DNA of 63,017 bases, the filler included, from Lenisia limosa (lineage: Eukaryota; Protista; Breviatea): NCBI GenBank assembly GCA_001655205.1. It is 12 parts of 12 records of this genome, joined end to end, with 100 filler letters (N's around TTAATTAATTAA, not from the genome) between each part and the next. Parts side by side here need not be neighbours in the genome. Positions count along the whole stretch, not along the records: positions 60,486 to 63,017 come from LPNZ01010555.1; 11 more parts are not named here. One strand, written 5' to 3'. Below, in pieces: positions 60,651 to 63,017 of the stretch. Both the position numbers and the translations under genes were made by a program. The notes under the pieces were generated by a model. That model saw only the letters and a program-made list of their open reading frames with translations, had not been told where the DNA came from and ran no database searches. Position 1 is the first letter of the stretch, and every line of letters starts with the position of its first letter.

Positions 60651-63005
60651 TTGCCGGAGGCCTCGGCCTCGAGCAGTTCCTTGCCGTCTGCTTTGCCCCT
60701 CAACGTGACTGTGAAGGGGCCATGGACCTGAAATTTTTGCAGGTAGGCTGGGGGAGAGGGGAGTGAAATTGAAGTTAAAATAGGAGGAAAAAAAAGAAGA
60801 AGGTAAAATTGTAAAATTATTGGAGTCTGTTGGCTCAACAAAGCAATTTTGCCAACATTTGATTTTGATCGTATGACCGGTTATATTGATTGGTTGCGTT
60901 TGCTTCTCTCCGTNNNNNNNNNNNNNNNNNNNNNNNNNNNNNNNNNNNNNNNNNNNNNNNNNNNNNNNNNNNNNNNNNNNNNNNNNGGGTTACAAGCACA
61001 AATTAGATGCAGGTTTAACAACAGTGCACAACTGGGGGGTGAAATAAAAAGCTGATAATAATGGACGGCAAATAATTTAATGATTGGATGACAATGAATA
61101 AATGCCCTCTATCCCCTTGTTGGTGGTGTCCCCGGTAGGGCTTCACTTCCGTTCGAAAAATACCGGTAAAATATCGATAATTTTCGAATATTTATTGAGA
61201 AATTCAGTCTTTTTCCGAACCGAAGTGAAGCCCTAGTCCCCGAATATTTATTTGATTTTAAGATTTTAACGCCGGAAAAAGGCGAAATTTCTCGATAAAT
61301 CCTCGAAAAGTATCGAAAGTTAACCGGTTTTTGAAATGAAACCCCCCCCCCACTCACCCAGGCAATAATTACCTCCATCGCGTCCCTTGGTTCGGGCAAA
61401 ACTTGAGCTCCAGAGATATCCCTAAAAAAGAATTTGGAGTTAAGAGGGGGGGGGGGTTAACGAAAGCAATTTCTATGAAGAATTTTGCCATACAGGTAGT
61501 AATCACGAACAGAATAATCTGTAACTCTAAACACAAAACAAACAAAAATCACTAAACAAGAAGAGGGGCATCTGGTAGGGTGGGCCATAATTGTGAAATG
61601 ATGGGGGGAGGGGAGTGGTTAGTAGGGGTAGATGACAAGAAATTTGGGTTATGACTTGGACTTCTCTCAACTCGAGAATATGCTCGATAAATCCTCGATA
61701 TTTTTCGATAAATCCTCGATATATTTCGAGAGTTTACCGATTTTCTTCGTACCGGAGTGAAGCCCTATTTATAAGTATGACAACAATTGAGAAAATATAA
61801 ATAGTAAGAGTGTCATCTGTGTCAGAAAATAGAGTTNNNNNNNNNNNNNNNNNNNNNNNNNNNNNNNNNNNNNNNNNNNNNNNNNNNNNNNNNNNNNNNN
61901 NNNNNNNNNNNNNNNNNNNNNNNNNNNNNNNNNNNNNNNNNNNNNNNNNNNNNNNNNNNNNNNNNNNNNNNNNNNNNNNNNNNNNNNNNNNNNNNNNNNN
62001 NNNNNNNNNAGGGTAAAAAAGGGCATATTTGGTGTTCAATTGTATAATACATGCACTAGCTATATATGATACGTATGATACGGTAAAATATATAAATAAT
62101 AGAGGATTTTAAAAAAAACTTGGGGTTACATATCACCACTCCTACCCTCTGCATCTTTTTGTTCTTATCTCCAATGAGCCAATGGTGAACCTCACCTGGG
62201 AGGGGGGTAAGAAAAGAGGTAAATAATATCTTGGGGAGTAAAATTGGAACATTTATGAAATAAAAAAAGCCCAAATCAACTCTGGCTATCGATATCAACA
62301 AAACAAAAAAAAAAGCCCAAGCCAATCGCTTCTGTAGCACCACATCCCTTGTTATAATTCATCCATGATCCCCCATCATAATCCCCCCACCAATAGACAC
62401 ATTGAGAAGAAGGTCAGCTTTCAACACAAATCCCGCAAATTTGCAGGCAACAGCGATTTTGGTGTTCCTGTCCTATGGGGGGGGGGGTAAAATAATTTTG
62501 GAAAAAAAAAGGAAAATTGATACAAAAAAGCCCAAAATCAACTCTGTCAGCTGACAACACACAAGGATTGAGAACAACAAAACAGGGGTAAACGAAGGAA
62601 ATTTTGATTAAGAAAATTGAGGAGGGTAGGGAGCAAATTTTGAAAATTTATGAGAAAAAACAATAAACCCAAATCAACTCTGTTGATTGACAACACACAA
62701 GGGTTGATAACAACAAAACAAAGCCAAGGCCAGTCGCTTCTGCAGCACCGAAAAAAACAATTTCCCTGGATTTTTTATGAATATTTTGTCTTGACAGACA
62801 CACACCCCCATATACAGTGACAGGAGAAGTCTTGACAGATTTGCTCAACAATTTCCAAGGAAATTGGCCAAGACTTATCCTAGTCACTGGATACATCTTG
62901 TCCAGTAATCCGCACTTCGACCTCCCCCTGTACCGATACGACGAAGTTCTCAATACCCAGGCCGCTGGAATACTGGTCCGGCACGAAGTCATTGTTAGTG
63001 TTGGC
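60644..63005 (-). CDS. Internal exons of a hypothetical protein
   Basis: Exons ANTNNDFVPDQYSSGLGIENFVVSVQGEVEVRITGQD, DRNTKIAVACKFAGFVLKADLLLN, GEVHHWLIGDKNKKMQR and AYLQKFQVHGPFTVTLRGKADGKELLEAEASGNII. Confidence 0.5.
61136..61235. mobile_element. MITE family A copy (100 nt, near intact)
   Basis: TAGGGCTTCACTTCCGTTCGAAAAA ... TTTTTCCGAACCGAAGTGAAGCCCTA, with TA at both ends. Confidence 0.85.
62196..62749 (-). repeat. Three family D copies (62196-62341, 62473-62585, ~62620-62749)
   Basis: Same consensus. One ends at an acceptor AG (62473), one about 35 nt short of an acceptor (62196), and one is intron-internal. Confidence 0.8.
62815..62889. mobile_element. MITE family B copy
   Basis: TA-CAGTGACAGGAGAAGTCTTGAC ... 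CAAGACTTATCCTAGTCACTG. Confidence 0.8.
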
Positions 63006-63017
63006 CTGGGGGGGGGG

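Overview
Eukaryotic nuclear DNA from an AT-rich, very intron-rich genome. MEIG1 and a CNK2/NRK-type NEK kinase suggest a flagellum-forming protist; I cannot name the taxon. The window is not one locus. Eleven artificial 100-nt spacers (44 N + TTAATTAATTAA + 44 N) join 12 probably unrelated scaffolds, and several genes are cut at these joins. The supplied ORF track is mostly uninformative because real exons are about 40-370 nt, so genes were rebuilt by hand from GT-AG exons and exon limits are approximate. Recognisable genes: a peroxisomal SLC25 carrier (3' half), a WD40 protein (3' part), a complete ~21-exon NADPH oxidase (NOX) without EF-hands, a NIMA-related kinase, a MEIG1-domain protein with a long basic tail, a membrane-anchored RGLG-type copine vWA protein, and a ubiquitin-like + ankyrin protein with one repeat per exon. 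There are also several hypothetical genes and a possible decayed Ulp1-bearing transposon. The introns hold at least five families of short interspersed repeats. The most unusual signals concern intron architecture: (i) a ~130-nt sense-oriented repeat that repeatedly forms the 3' end of introns up to or near the acceptor AG; (ii) G-rich donor and C-rich acceptor ends; (iii) tandem duplications spanning exon-intron junctions; (iv) duplicated phase-0 ankyrin exon cassettes. I found no rRNA, tRNA, CRISPR or prokaryotic features.
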